Assembly: GCA_038997355.1 (NCBI GenBank)
Contig: JAWBAC010000001.1
Span: 4,820-68,819 of the forward strand
Direction: 5' to 3'
DNA from: Candidatus Aenigmatarchaeota archaeon
Lineage (GTDB): Archaea; Aenigmatarchaeota; Aenigmatarchaeia; CG10238-14; SpSt-28
DNA length: 64,000 bases
Shown here piece after piece: positions 36,106-45,950 of the stretch. The number at the start of each line of letters is the position of its first letter. The first letter of the stretch is position 1. The notes below the pieces were generated by a model. That model saw only the letters and a program-made list of their open reading frames with translations, did not search any database and was not told the DNA's origin. A program made the translations under genes and the position numbers.

Positions 36106-37557
36106 ATGAAAGTTAGAAAAGAAGAATACGAAATAATTAATTTATTAAAAAAATTCGAAAGGCTTAGCTTTGAAGAGTTATTAGAAAAAATTAAGTTAAA
36201 AAAAGATCAACTAGAAAGATTATTACAAGAACTAAAAGAAAAAAATCTTATAGAAATAGAAGCCATAGAAAAAAAGTTTTATAGATTAACTGAAGAAGGT
36301 AAAGAATATTTAGAGCAAGGATTACCAGAAAGAAAAGTCTTAGAATTAATCTCTAGCGGAATAACTAATGTTGGGGAACTTTCAACAAAATATAAAAAAG
36401 CAGATATCGGAATTATTTGGTTAAAGAACGATAAACTAATAAGCATTATAAAAGGAGAAGTATCACTAACTGAATTAGGTAAGGAATATTTAAACAAAAA
36501 AATGCCAAAAGAATTGCTTTTAGAAAAATTCAAATATGAAATTTTTGAAGAAGAAATTCAAGAAAAAGAAATTTTGCAAGAATTTTTAAAAAGAAAAATT
36601 GTAGAAGAAAAAATCGATAAAAAAAGATTTATAAAGCTAACTGAAAAAGCTAAAAGCGAAACTTTTGAAATAGCTGAAGAAGAAATTACTCAATTAACTC
36701 CAGAAATTTTGAAAAGAGGCTTATGGAAAGGAAAAGCTTTCAAAAAATATGAATTAGTAAGTGCTGGAAGAATTCATTATGGAAAAATTCACTATTATAA
36801 TAGAATTCTTAACGAAGTTAGAAAGTTTTTAATTTCTAGAGGTTTTCAAGAATTTAAGGGAAAAATTATAGAAATAAACTTTTGGAATTGCGATGCATTA
36901 TTTATGCCAAGCAGACATCCTGCTAGAGATATTCATGACATATTTTTTATAGATACTAATCAACTTGCAGAAATAGATAAAGAAATTTTTGAAAACGTTA
37001 AACAAGCACATTTAGGCAAATATTCTAAAGGCTGGGGATATTTTGATGAAGAATTAGCAAAAAAATACATATTAAGAAGTCATAATACTTCAATAAGTGC
37101 AAGAGTTCTTTATAAAATAAGTAAAAAAGAAGTTGACATTCCTTTAAAAATGTTTGCAATAGATAGAGTTTTTAGACCAGATACAATAGATGCAAGACAT
37201 TTCATAGAATTCGATCAGTTAGAAGGAATTGTTGTTGACGAAAACATAAACTTCAGCAATTTATTGTATACTTTAAAAGAGTTAGTAGAAATTTTTGGAA
37301 GTAAAGAAGTGAAATTTAAGCCAGCATACTTTCCGTTTACTGAACCAAGTGTTGAAGTTTTTGTAAAAATTGGTAATAAATATGTAGAAGTTGGTGGTGC
37401 AGGAATTTTTAGAGAAGAAGTTGTAAAACCATTCAACATAGATGTGCCGGTTTTAGCATGGGGAATAGGTATTGGAAGGTTAGTTATGCTAAAAACAGGA
37501 ATAGATGATATAAGAAATATAATGTCTTCAGACATAGAATTTTTAAGAAATATGTAA
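36106..37557 (+). CDS. pheS: phenylalanine--tRNA ligase alpha subunit
   Basis: 483 aa. Class II aaRS motifs, including FRPDTIDARH and FPFTEPSVEV. Confidence 0.85.
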   Translation: MKVRKEEYEIINLLKKFERLSFEELLEKIKLKKDQLERLLQELKEKNLIEIEAIEKKFYRLTEEGKEYLEQGLPERKVLELISSGITNVGELSTKYKKADIGIIWLKNDKLISIIKGEVSLTELGKEYLNKKMPKELLLEKFKYEIFEEEIQEKEILQEFLKRKIVEEKIDKKRFIKLTEKAKSETFEIAEEEITQLTPEILKRGLWKGKAFKKYELVSAGRIHYGKIHYYNRILNEVRKFLISRGFQEFKGKIIEINFWNCDALFMPSRHPARDIHDIFFIDTNQLAEIDKEIFENVKQAHLGKYSKGWGYFDEELAKKYILRSHNTSISARVLYKISKKEVDIPLKMFAIDRVFRPDTIDARHFIEFDQLEGIVVDENINFSNLLYTLKELVEIFGSKEVKFKPAYFPFTEPSVEVFVKIGNKYVEVGGAGIFREEVVKPFNIDVPVLAWGIGIGRLVMLKTGIDDIRNIMSSDIEFLRNM

Positions 37558-37558
37558 C

Positions 37559-39151
37559 ATGCCAACTTTTGAATTCGATCTAAAAAAATTAAAAGATGAG
37601 TTAAAAATAGAAGAAAACAAAAAGTTAGCTGAAATAATAGAAAGTTTTAAACCAGAAGTCGAAGAAATAAGCGAAAACAAAATTAAAGTTACTATTACTC
37701 CAGATAGATGTGATTTATATTTTGAAGAAGGCTTCATTAAAGCATTAAAAGATTATGTTTTTGGTGGAATGATTAAAAAAGTTGAAATGGAAAATTCTGG
37801 CATAAAAGTTTATTATAAAAATGTTGTTAGATGTAGGCCTTATTTTTCTTGTTTTGTAGTAAAAGATATAAAAATGAATGAAAACTTATTGAAAAAAATT
37901 ATAGAATTTCAAGAAACTTTGCATAAACATTTAGGTAGAAACAGAAAATTGGTTGCAATAGGAATTCACGATTTAGATAAAATAGAAGGAAGTATTAGAT
38001 ATTCTGAAGCATTACCTAACGAAAAAATGATTCCATTAACTTATGGTTCTGAATTAACTTTAAAAGAAATTTTGGAAATAACTGATAAAGGAAAAGAATA
38101 TGGAAAATTGATTTATGAACCTTATCCAGCAATCTATGATGAAAAATCTATAATATCTTTTCCACCAATATTAAACTCAGAAAAAACAAAGTTAACAACT
38201 AGCACAAAAAACATTTTCGTAGATATTACTGGCACAGATCAAAGAGTTGTAGAAATAGCAACAAAGCTTTTAATTTATTTCTTTTCCTTTGTTGGCATAC
38301 CTCAAAAAGTTTATCTTAACGATGAAGAATTTCCAAAAATAGAAAATGAAATAGTTAGAATTAAAAGAAGTGAAGTTGAAAAATTCTTAGGAATTAAACT
38401 TTCTGTTGCAGATATTAAAAACTTGCTAGAAAGAATGGGCTATGAATGCATAACATTAAACGAAGAAGATATAGATGTTGTAGTTCCTTTCTATAGGGTT
38501 GATATATTGCACAAATACGATATTTTTGAAGATATTGCAATTGCATATGGATATAATAACATAGAGTTAAAGTCCTTAAAAGTTTATACTCCTGGAAAAA
38601 TTCATGAAAGAGAAGAGTTAGAAAATAAAATTAGAGAAGTTTTGATTGGAATGAAATTTTTAGAAATAATTACTCCAACATTAATTAGTAAAAAAGTTTT
38701 GGAAAAATCAAAAATAAAAGATGTTACAACTAAGGTTTTAAATCCAGTAAGCGAAGAATATGAATATTTAAGGAATTATTTGTTTCCAAGCACTTTACTT
38801 TTCTTATCTAAGAACATTGCAAAAGAATATCCACAAAATGTTTTTGAAATAGGTTATGTAGTAAAGAACTTAGATGAATACAGACATTTATGCATTGCTT
38901 TATGCTATGAAAATTCTAATTTAGCAGAAATGTTATCGATAATAGAAGAATTGTTCAAAAACTTAAATTTAAAAGTTAGATTTGAAGAAAGTAATTTAGA
39001 ATATTTTATTCAAGGAAGACAAGCATACATAATAGCTAATGAAAAAATTGTTGGATTTGTTGGAGAAGTTCATCCAGAAATATTAGAGAATTTTGAAATA
39101 TTCATGCCAATTACTTTAGCCGAAATAAACCTTTCAGAAATTTTGAGTTAA
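37559..39151 (+). CDS. pheT: phenylalanine--tRNA ligase beta subunit
   Basis: 530 aa. Immediately downstream of pheS, with archaeal PheT size and B3/4-like region. Confidence 0.8.
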   Translation: MPTFEFDLKKLKDELKIEENKKLAEIIESFKPEVEEISENKIKVTITPDRCDLYFEEGFIKALKDYVFGGMIKKVEMENSGIKVYYKNVVRCRPYFSCFVVKDIKMNENLLKKIIEFQETLHKHLGRNRKLVAIGIHDLDKIEGSIRYSEALPNEKMIPLTYGSELTLKEILEITDKGKEYGKLIYEPYPAIYDEKSIISFPPILNSEKTKLTTSTKNIFVDITGTDQRVVEIATKLLIYFFSFVGIPQKVYLNDEEFPKIENEIVRIKRSEVEKFLGIKLSVADIKNLLERMGYECITLNEEDIDVVVPFYRVDILHKYDIFEDIAIAYGYNNIELKSLKVYTPGKIHEREELENKIREVLIGMKFLEIITPTLISKKVLEKSKIKDVTTKVLNPVSEEYEYLRNYLFPSTLLFLSKNIAKEYPQNVFEIGYVVKNLDEYRHLCIALCYENSNLAEMLSIIEELFKNLNLKVRFEESNLEYFIQGRQAYIIANEKIVGFVGEVHPEILENFEIFMPITLAEINLSEILS

Positions 39152-39166
39152 AAAATAAAGTATATT

Positions 39167-39412
39167 ATGGAAGAGAAACTTTTAGAAAGGGCTAAAAAGT
39201 TTTTAAAAGAAGCAGAAGATGATATTAAAAAAGAGTTTTATGATTTAGCTATTTTTCATTTAGAGTAAGCACTACAACTTTTAATAAAATATATTTTAGC
39301 TGAAGAAGTTAAAAAAGTTAAACCAGATTTAGCAAAATTTTTGAAGAAAAATGAAAATTTTCTATTAGAATTAGAAAGAACTTATATTGTGCTAGATTTT
39401 TTAACTTTGTAA
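39167..39412 (+). pseudogene. HEPN-domain gene remnant interrupted by an in-frame TAA
   Basis: MEEKLLERAKKFLKEAEDDIKKEFYDLAIFHLE[TAA]ALQLLIKYILAEEV.... The stop sits where HEPN proteins have the conserved Q of the FH..QA.Ek motif. Confidence 0.45.
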
Positions 39413-39420
39413 AGAAAGTT

Positions 39421-39642
39421 TTTGAAAAATGGGCATAGAAATTGCATTAGATATACAATTCATAGCGATTTAGATGTTTTAGTAATTAGTAAAAATGCTG
39501 AAAAAGTTAAATATGAAGATGTAATTCAAAGAGTTGAAAAAATTATAAAGAAAAATTAATTGGAGTTGAAATTCATTTAGTAACTCCTGAAATTTTTGAA
39601 AAATGGTATAAAAGATTTTTAGATTATTACGAAGAGCTTTAA
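39421..39642 (+). pseudogene. minimal nucleotidyltransferase (MNT) gene remnant with stop and frameshift
   Basis: The same frame continues: ...NGHRNCIRYTIHSDLDVLVISKNAEKVKYEDVIQRVEKIIKKN[stop]. The MNT motif SDLDVLVI is present. The C-terminal segment GVEIHLVTPEIFEKWYKRFLDYYEEL lies in another frame. Confidence 0.4.
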
Positions 39643-39938
39643 AAATAAGTAAACAAGGCATAAAGTATTATTGCTAAGATTATTCCTAAGGCAATCACTA
39701 AGAAAATGTTTTTAATTAGCCAAATAAAAACAATTATTGCTAAAATTATTAGAGCTATGTATAAAATATTTTTTGTTGTTTGATCTAAGGATTTTAAAAA
39801 GTTTCCAACTAAATTTTCTAAACCCAATGTTTTAAAAATAAAATTTCCAACATAGTTAGAAAACTCTTTTAAAATATCCAAAAATTGAAAATTTAAATTT
39901 TCCAAAATCAATAAAAATATTAATGCTATTTGAATCAT
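39639..39938 (-). CDS. small membrane protein
   Basis: 99 aa with two TM helices. Confidence 0.3.
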   Translation of the reverse strand: MIQIALIFLLILENLNFQFLDILKEFSNYVGNFIFKTLGLENLVGNFLKSLDQTTKNILYIALIILAIIVFIWLIKNIFLVIALGIILAIILYALFTYF

Positions 39939-40459
39939 ACAAAATATAATTTTTTATCTATAAATACAAATGCTTTTCCTCCCTTATGTAAAGGAATTTT
40001 CCAAAACTCTTTCAAACCATATTCATCTAAATTCTTTCCGTCGTAATTAACAACTTCAGCAATATAGAGAGCTACTTCTACAACATCGATTTTATTTATA
40101 ACTTTTGCTTCTAAAAATGCCAAAGAATTTTCTAATATCGGTACATCTAATATTTTGCCTCTAATAACTTTTAAATTGAATTCTTTTACTTTATTTATTT
40201 CTTTTCCGCTTGTTGTTCCTAATTTCCAGATTAAATTTATATCATCGATCAAATTTACTGAAAATTGTTTATATTTTTCGATTAATTGATAAGTGTATTG
40301 CTCTTTATCGCAAGCCAAACATATAGATGGAATGTCTTCAGCAACAGGCATTACCCAGCTTGCTGCCATAAAGTTTATTTCGTTATTATTAAAACTTCCC
40401 GAACCTATTACATATACTGGCCTTGGATGTAGAAGATAGTAAAATTTTTTAGGAAGCAT
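39935..40459 (-). CDS. flavin reductase-like FMN-binding domain protein (flavoredoxin-like)
   Basis: 174 aa. LLHPRPVYVIGSG...NFMAASWVMPVAEDIP fits the PF01613-type pattern (HPRPvvlv...N.Mt.SW..pvs..PP). Confidence 0.5.
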   Translation of the reverse strand: MLPKKFYYLLHPRPVYVIGSGSFNNNEINFMAASWVMPVAEDIPSICLACDKEQYTYQLIEKYKQFSVNLIDDINLIWKLGTTSGKEINKVKEFNLKVIRGKILDVPILENSLAFLEAKVINKIDVVEVALYIAEVVNYDGKNLDEYGLKEFWKIPLHKGGKAFVFIDKKLYFV

Positions 40460-40520
40460 AAAAATTATCTCATATAAAAAGCTTTATTTCTGAAAAATAT
40501 GTAATTATGTAATTCTTCAA

Positions 40521-41990
40521 TTACCTATTTTGTCTAGCTTGTCTTATATATATATCCATGAGAAAATTAACAGCTGCTTCTATCCAGTTTTTCATATCTT
40601 TTAAAGTCCTTTTAGTTTCTTCATCGACCTTTACACCTTGTTCTTCTATTATTCGAAGAACTGTATTGACTGCGTTTAATAATGAGTTTAATCTTTCTAA
40701 TGCAGTATTAACACTACCTTCTAGCTGTTGTAATTTGTCTTTGTGTTCATCAAATGCAGCACGGATTTGAGAAATCACTGGTTGAATATCCGTCTGAAAG
40801 ACATTCTTAATTGCTGATACAACATTACTTACATATTCTTTATCAAGTTTTTGAACAGATTGAGCTAAACTATTAAGATTTCTTTCCATACTCTCTAGTC
40901 TCGGTAGGAGCCTCTCTTCTATCGATTTTTGTATATCACTCATCAATTTCAAAAGAGTTTGTTGTTCAATAACCTTAATTTTACTAATTATTCCATCAAT
41001 TATTCTTTTTGGAATTATGGAAAGAACGGCAGCCATTAAAACAGCTACTCCACCCCACATTCCATAGGCAAACAAGTCAAGTAAGAAATATCCTATCAGC
41101 TGTCTTGCTCCATAAAGTGCTATAATAAATGCCATTACTCTTGTAATATTTTTTCCTAAACCTTGATCGCCTCCAAAGAAAGATGGTAAACCAATAGCAT
41201 TAAATATTCCATAAGTAAAAGCAAACAGAAAAGCAAACGGTAATATCACTGCAAAAATAAGGAAACTTACTTGCGATAATATATCTCTTGGTTTAGCATA
41301 ATAACCTGTCAAAAAACAAGATGTCATCTCTATCCATCCAGCATAAGTTTTGCATGGTGCAAATTCGACGCTTCTAAATTGAATAGGGATATAATTTATA
41401 AAAAGAAATATAGCAACCATAGAAATACCTATAAATATTATCAAAGAACCTAAAGAGGAATATATTTTTGCCATCGTCATCATTGAATCATCACTACCTG
41501 CACTCCTTAATACAGAGAGGTATGCCAAATATTCTAATACACCACCAATTACTACTACAATAAATGCAAAAGCCAAAAACGAATGAATAAACCCAAATCC
41601 AATTAAAAAACTATAAAATGATGGAAGAAATATTGGTGAAAATATTAATAAGAGAGGTATAACATCCCTCCGTAAGAAGAATATTTTTGCTTCCTGATTA
41701 TTAATCTTTTTTGTTATCGGTCTTTTTCCCGTTATAATATCATAAGCAATTTTTGCTATCCATATGAAACCAATAATAGAAAGAATTATGCTAACATAGA
41801 AAATAATGGTTTCTAAAAATTTAGCATCTGGATTTTTGACAAGATCAGCAATTTTAGCTTTAACTTCTTCAGGAGTGGTTTGTGAAAATGCAATAAAATT
41901 AATAATTAGAACAAATGCTAAAAATAAAACGATTAGAGTTTTTATAATGTCTAATCTCAAACTACCTTTAAACATAAAATTATTACCCAT
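40521..41990 (-). CDS. hypothetical polytopic membrane protein with C-terminal cytoplasmic coiled-coil domain
   Basis: 489 aa. About 8 hydrophobic helices in the first 330 aa. The last 150 aa are heptad-like (LNSLAQSVQKLDKEY...LERLNSLLNAVNTVLRIIEEQ). Confidence 0.4.
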   Translation of the reverse strand: MGNNFMFKGSLRLDIIKTLIVLFLAFVLIINFIAFSQTTPEEVKAKIADLVKNPDAKFLETIIFYVSIILSIIGFIWIAKIAYDIITGKRPITKKINNQEAKIFFLRRDVIPLLLIFSPIFLPSFYSFLIGFGFIHSFLAFAFIVVVIGGVLEYLAYLSVLRSAGSDDSMMTMAKIYSSLGSLIIFIGISMVAIFLFINYIPIQFRSVEFAPCKTYAGWIEMTSCFLTGYYAKPRDILSQVSFLIFAVILPFAFLFAFTYGIFNAIGLPSFFGGDQGLGKNITRVMAFIIALYGARQLIGYFLLDLFAYGMWGGVAVLMAAVLSIIPKRIIDGIISKIKVIEQQTLLKLMSDIQKSIEERLLPRLESMERNLNSLAQSVQKLDKEYVSNVVSAIKNVFQTDIQPVISQIRAAFDEHKDKLQQLEGSVNTALERLNSLLNAVNTVLRIIEEQGVKVDEETKRTLKDMKNWIEAAVNFLMDIYIRQARQNR

Positions 41991-42066
41991 TATAAAATAT
42001 TTATTTTATCTTTCGTATATACTAAAAACAAACCAAAATATATAAGTTTATTGCTGATTTAATTAT

Positions 42067-42327
42067 ATGGACTACCAAAAAATAATATTATATCCATACC
42101 AAACAGAAAAAGCAATAAGATTAGCCCAAAAAGAGAATAAATTAGTTTTCGTTGTTGATAGAAGAGCTAACAAATTACAAATTAAAGAAGCTATTGAAAA
42201 ATGGTTAAATGTTAAAGTTGAAAAAGTAAATACATTAATAACCAAAAAAGGGTTAAAAAAAGCATATGTGAAATTAAAAAAAGAATATAATGCCAATGAA
42301 ATTTTAGCAAAACTAGGAGTTATTTAA
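42067..42327 (+). CDS. rpl23: 50S ribosomal protein L23 (uL23)
   Basis: 86 aa. Typical archaeal L23 sequence. Stand-alone, not next to L4/L2. Confidence 0.8.
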   Translation: MDYQKIILYPYQTEKAIRLAQKENKLVFVVDRRANKLQIKEAIEKWLNVKVEKVNTLITKKGLKKAYVKLKKEYNANEILAKLGVI

Positions 42328-42415
42328 ATCTAAATTAAATTTATTGCTATTCTTTGAATTTTGAAAAATTATGAAATTGTTTCGTTTTAGTAAGAGACAA
42401 GGAAAAAGATTATTC

Positions 42416-42487
42416 GGCCCGGCCCGGGATTCGAACCCGGCCTAGGGGCTCCACAGGCCCCTGTGCTGCCGCTACACCAACCGGGCC
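42416..42487 (-). tRNA. tRNA-His (anticodon GTG) with encoded G-1
   Basis: Reverse complement: G(-1) plus GCCCGGT acceptor pairing GCCGGGC. Discriminator C73. Anticodon loop CTGTGGA. T-loop TTCGAAT. Confidence 0.85.
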
Positions 42488-42533
42488 ATAATAAAATTAA
42501 CAAAAATTTAATTTTTTGAACTAAACTTATTAA

Positions 42534-43793
42534 ATGATAGAACTGGTAGAAACAATATTAACAATAATACTTATTCCTTTAGTATCAATACAAATTTCTT
42601 GGATTATTTTAATATTTCTTTCCTTTTTCAAAAAACCAAAAACAAAAGAAATTAAAAACTTGCCAAAAATAACAATATTAATTCCAGCACACAATGAAGA
42701 AAAAAATTTACCAGAACTAATAGAAAATCTAAATTCCTTAGATTATCCAAAAAATAAAATAGAAATCCTTATAATAGAAAATGGTAGTAGCGACAATACA
42801 TATAAAGTTGCAAAAGAATTAGAAAAAAAATATAAAAACGTAAAGGCATATCACTTAAAAATAAGCAACAAAAGTATTGCATTGAATTTTGGATTAGAAA
42901 AAACAAAAAGTGAATACGTATTAATATTGGATGCAGATACAAGATTAGAAAAAGATTCATTGAAAAATTCATTAAAATACTTTGTAGATAATGTTGCTGG
43001 AGTAACTTTTTCTATTAGAGTTAAAAACAAAAACAAAATTATTGCATACTTTCAAAATGCTGAGTATATGTTTTCAAATTTATTAAGAAAGGGATTAAAC
43101 TTATTAAAAGAAGGTAGCGTATATATTTGGGGATGCGCAATAATTTATAAAACGAAAATACTAAAAAAAGTAAAGTTTAGAGAACTAGCAACAGAAGATA
43201 TAGATACAAACTTAAGAATTCAATCCTTGGGTTATAAAATAATTTACGCAGAAGATTGCATAGGTTATACTGAAGTTCCTGAAAAATTAAAAAACTTTGT
43301 AAAACAAAGATTAAGATGGTATTCAAACTCTTTTTTAATATTAGATACATACGTTTCTAATTTTAATAAAATGAATAAAAGTCTAAAATATTATTCTGTA
43401 CCATTTTTAATTTTCTTTTGGTTGCCTTTCTCTTTCATAGTATTACCTCTAAATGCCTATTCAATAAGTTATTGGCTCCAATATCAAAAAACCTTGGAAG
43501 ATTATATTATTTATTTTATTAATTGGTTTTCGTTTTTCGGAATAATTAACGGAATTTATAAAGTTTATATTGGAGAATGGATTTTAAAGCCTATAATGAT
43601 TTTTGGATATGCAAGTGGAATAATTACATTTTTCTTAATAATCTTTGCGCTTATATACTATAAACAATTAAATCCAAAAAACTTTTTATTACCAATTTTT
43701 TCTTTTCCATACTTCTTTTTCATAAACTTACTTTATGTAATTTCTTTCATAATCTTTTTAGTAAAATCTAACAAAATGCCCTGGCTAAGATAA
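42534..43793 (+). CDS. family 2 glycosyltransferase, processive (cellulose/chitin-synthase-like)
   Basis: 419 aa. N-terminal TM. IPAHNEE, DADTRL (DxD) and KQRLRWYS (QxxRW) motifs. C-terminal TM bundle. Confidence 0.65.
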   Translation: MIELVETILTIILIPLVSIQISWIILIFLSFFKKPKTKEIKNLPKITILIPAHNEEKNLPELIENLNSLDYPKNKIEILIIENGSSDNTYKVAKELEKKYKNVKAYHLKISNKSIALNFGLEKTKSEYVLILDADTRLEKDSLKNSLKYFVDNVAGVTFSIRVKNKNKIIAYFQNAEYMFSNLLRKGLNLLKEGSVYIWGCAIIYKTKILKKVKFRELATEDIDTNLRIQSLGYKIIYAEDCIGYTEVPEKLKNFVKQRLRWYSNSFLILDTYVSNFNKMNKSLKYYSVPFLIFFWLPFSFIVLPLNAYSISYWLQYQKTLEDYIIYFINWFSFFGIINGIYKVYIGEWILKPIMIFGYASGIITFFLIIFALIYYKQLNPKNFLLPIFSFPYFFFINLLYVISFIIFLVKSNKMPWLR

Positions 43794-43794
43794 A

Positions 43795-45075
43795 CTAAAT
43801 ATCCTCGTACTTTTTAGCTTCTCTTTCACTTAAATACTTTTTCATCGTCTCAAAATTTCCAATTTTTGGTGTTTTAATCCAATAATAGTTATTAGTAAAC
43901 AATGCCCTAATGAAATAAATTGAGTTATTTATTGCAGTTATTGGGCCTAAAAACAAACAAAGCATTATAGTTTCTAATGGGCTAGAAATTTTTTCTCTAA
44001 TAGAAACAAAAATACTTAAAACAATAAAACCACTTGTTAATGCAAAAATAGTAAAAAATCTGATTACATCTTCTAGTGTTATTGGTTTTGGAGAACCTGT
44101 TAACCAAGCTATTGAAGAAAAAATAAATGATAACGCAGCAATTAAAGAAAACGAATAAAATATTATTGGAGAAAAAATTATAAGTCTCTGTAACATGGAA
44201 AAGTTCTTATTACTCATTATTTCTCTAATGTTTTCTATTAAGCTCCTTGTAATTCCAAAAACCCATCTTCTTTGTTGTCTAAGAAAATGATATAACTTTG
44301 TTGGAACTTCTCCTTTTGCTTCAAAATTGTATAAATACAAAACTTTATAACCTTTTGCTAATAGTTTGATGCTTAAATCGAAATCTTCAGTTAAATTATT
44401 AGCATTCCATCCACCAACTTCTCTTAAATATTTAGTTCTTACTGCCATTGCAGTTCCGCCGCCAAAAGCAATAGAGAAAAGACTGTAAATTCTCAAAATA
44501 ATACTATAATGAATTAATTGTAACAGAGACGCAAATTTAGATATGTAATTATTTCTTTTGTTAATGAAATTTTGTTTTGCCTGTACTAATGCAACTTTTT
44601 CGTCTTCAAAATATTTCACTATTTTTTTCAAAAAATTTTTTGGAACTATCCAATCTGCATCGAAAACAACTATTATATCTCCTTTAGTATAATTTAGTGC
44701 ATAATTAAGCGCTCCCGGCTTAAATCCTTCTCTACTATTTCTTCTCAAAATTTTTACTTTGTCTTTATATTTATCTATTATTTTTCTAGTTTTCTCATCT
44801 GTACTATCATCTACAACAATTATTTCATATTTAGATTTTGGATAATCTAATTTTAAACAACTTCTTATACATCTTTCTACTATAGGATCATTATAAACTG
44901 GTATTTGAATTGTCACAAAAGGATAAAATTTTCTGCCAGATAATTTAATTTGGCTTTTATTTCTTAAAAAATATGAAAAAATTAGAAAGAAATAAAACAA
45001 AAAAGATAATAAAATTAATGGATATAAAGTCAAATTATACAAAAATAAACTTATTTCATGTATTTGTTCTTTCAT
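43795..45075 (-). CDS. family 2 glycosyltransferase, processive (cellulose/chitin-synthase-like)
   Basis: 426 aa. IPVYNDP, VVDDSTD, VFDADW (DxD) and RQQRRW (QxxRW) motifs. N- and C-terminal TM helices. Confidence 0.65.
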   Translation of the reverse strand: MKEQIHEISLFLYNLTLYPLILLSFLFYFFLIFSYFLRNKSQIKLSGRKFYPFVTIQIPVYNDPIVERCIRSCLKLDYPKSKYEIIVVDDSTDEKTRKIIDKYKDKVKILRRNSREGFKPGALNYALNYTKGDIIVVFDADWIVPKNFLKKIVKYFEDEKVALVQAKQNFINKRNNYISKFASLLQLIHYSIILRIYSLFSIAFGGGTAMAVRTKYLREVGGWNANNLTEDFDLSIKLLAKGYKVLYLYNFEAKGEVPTKLYHFLRQQRRWVFGITRSLIENIREIMSNKNFSMLQRLIIFSPIIFYSFSLIAALSFIFSSIAWLTGSPKPITLEDVIRFFTIFALTSGFIVLSIFVSIREKISSPLETIMLCLFLGPITAINNSIYFIRALFTNNYYWIKTPKIGNFETMKKYLSEREAKKYEDI

Positions 45076-45086
45076 ACTAATATATT

Positions 45087-45716
45087 ATGAAAAACTTTAA
45101 AAAAGTTTTAATTTTTAGCATTGCGTTTTCCTTAATATTTTACATTTTAGGAATAATTAGTGGGATGAAAATTTTCGAGTTCTTTTATTCTAAAAATCTG
45201 GAAAAGTATGAAGAATTAGAAAAGGAATTAACAAACATCAGAAAAAATCTAGAGAGTTATGTTTTTACGAGAGATTGTGAGTATTTAAAAAATTATTTAA
45301 ACTTAATAAAGAAAGAAGTTCAAATATACAGAGAATACTTGCCATATAGATTAGAGAATTTAACAGATATTTATTCTCCTTTTCTAAATGAATATTATAA
45401 AATTCAAGCATTAATTTGGCTAATAGCTAAGGAATATGAAAAATGCAATAAAAACTATAAAACTTTGCTATACTTTATAGATAATAATTGCTCTTCGTGT
45501 ATTAAGCAAGGAGAAGAAATTGATAAAATTAAAGATTATCTTATTTCAAAAAATATAGAAGTAGATATTTTTACAGTTGGAATTAATGTAAATTATCCAT
45601 ACATAAGAAAAATTAAAGAAGAGTTTAATATTTCATCTGCTCCTTCTTTTATTTTTGATTCTACTGTGTTTAATTTTATTACTTTTGAAGATTTTATAAA
45701 TATAACTAAAATCTAG
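45087..45716 (+). CDS. membrane-anchored thioredoxin-fold-like protein (CxxC)
   Basis: 209 aa. N-terminal TM. YFIDNNCSSCIKQ resembles a thioredoxin-like CxxC active site. Confidence 0.35.
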   Translation: MKNFKKVLIFSIAFSLIFYILGIISGMKIFEFFYSKNLEKYEELEKELTNIRKNLESYVFTRDCEYLKNYLNLIKKEVQIYREYLPYRLENLTDIYSPFLNEYYKIQALIWLIAKEYEKCNKNYKTLLYFIDNNCSSCIKQGEEIDKIKDYLISKNIEVDIFTVGINVNYPYIRKIKEEFNISSAPSFIFDSTVFNFITFEDFINITKI

Positions 45717-45950
45717 AAAAGATAATAGAAACGAAATAGTAAAAATTTGAATCCATGCAATTAATAAACCAATGTCTCTCAAAACAATAGCACTATAAAG
45801 ATATCTAAACAAAGTGAAAGGATTTAAAAAATTCTGAAAAAAATTTAATAAATATTCTGCTTTTTTCCAGTATAAAAAATCGTTAATAGCAAAAAGAAGA
45901 GAAAAAACAAAATAAAAGATTATAAACCTAAATAGAGTGAATTTGAACAT
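45633..45950 (-). CDS. small membrane protein (uncertain)
   Basis: 105 aa, hydrophobic. Overlaps the 3' end of the previous gene by ~80 nt. Confidence 0.25.
   Translation of the reverse strand: MFKFTLFRFIIFYFVFSLLFAINDFLYWKKAEYLLNFFQNFLNPFTLFRYLYSAIVLRDIGLLIAWIQIFTISFLLSFLDFSYIYKIFKSNKIKHSRIKNKRRSR

Noticed and set aside
39479-39661. 60-aa minus-strand ORF
   Set aside because: Antisense to the MNT remnant, with low-complexity F/N-rich translation. Spurious.
42072-42296. 74-aa minus-strand ORF
   Set aside because: Antisense within rpl23. Spurious.
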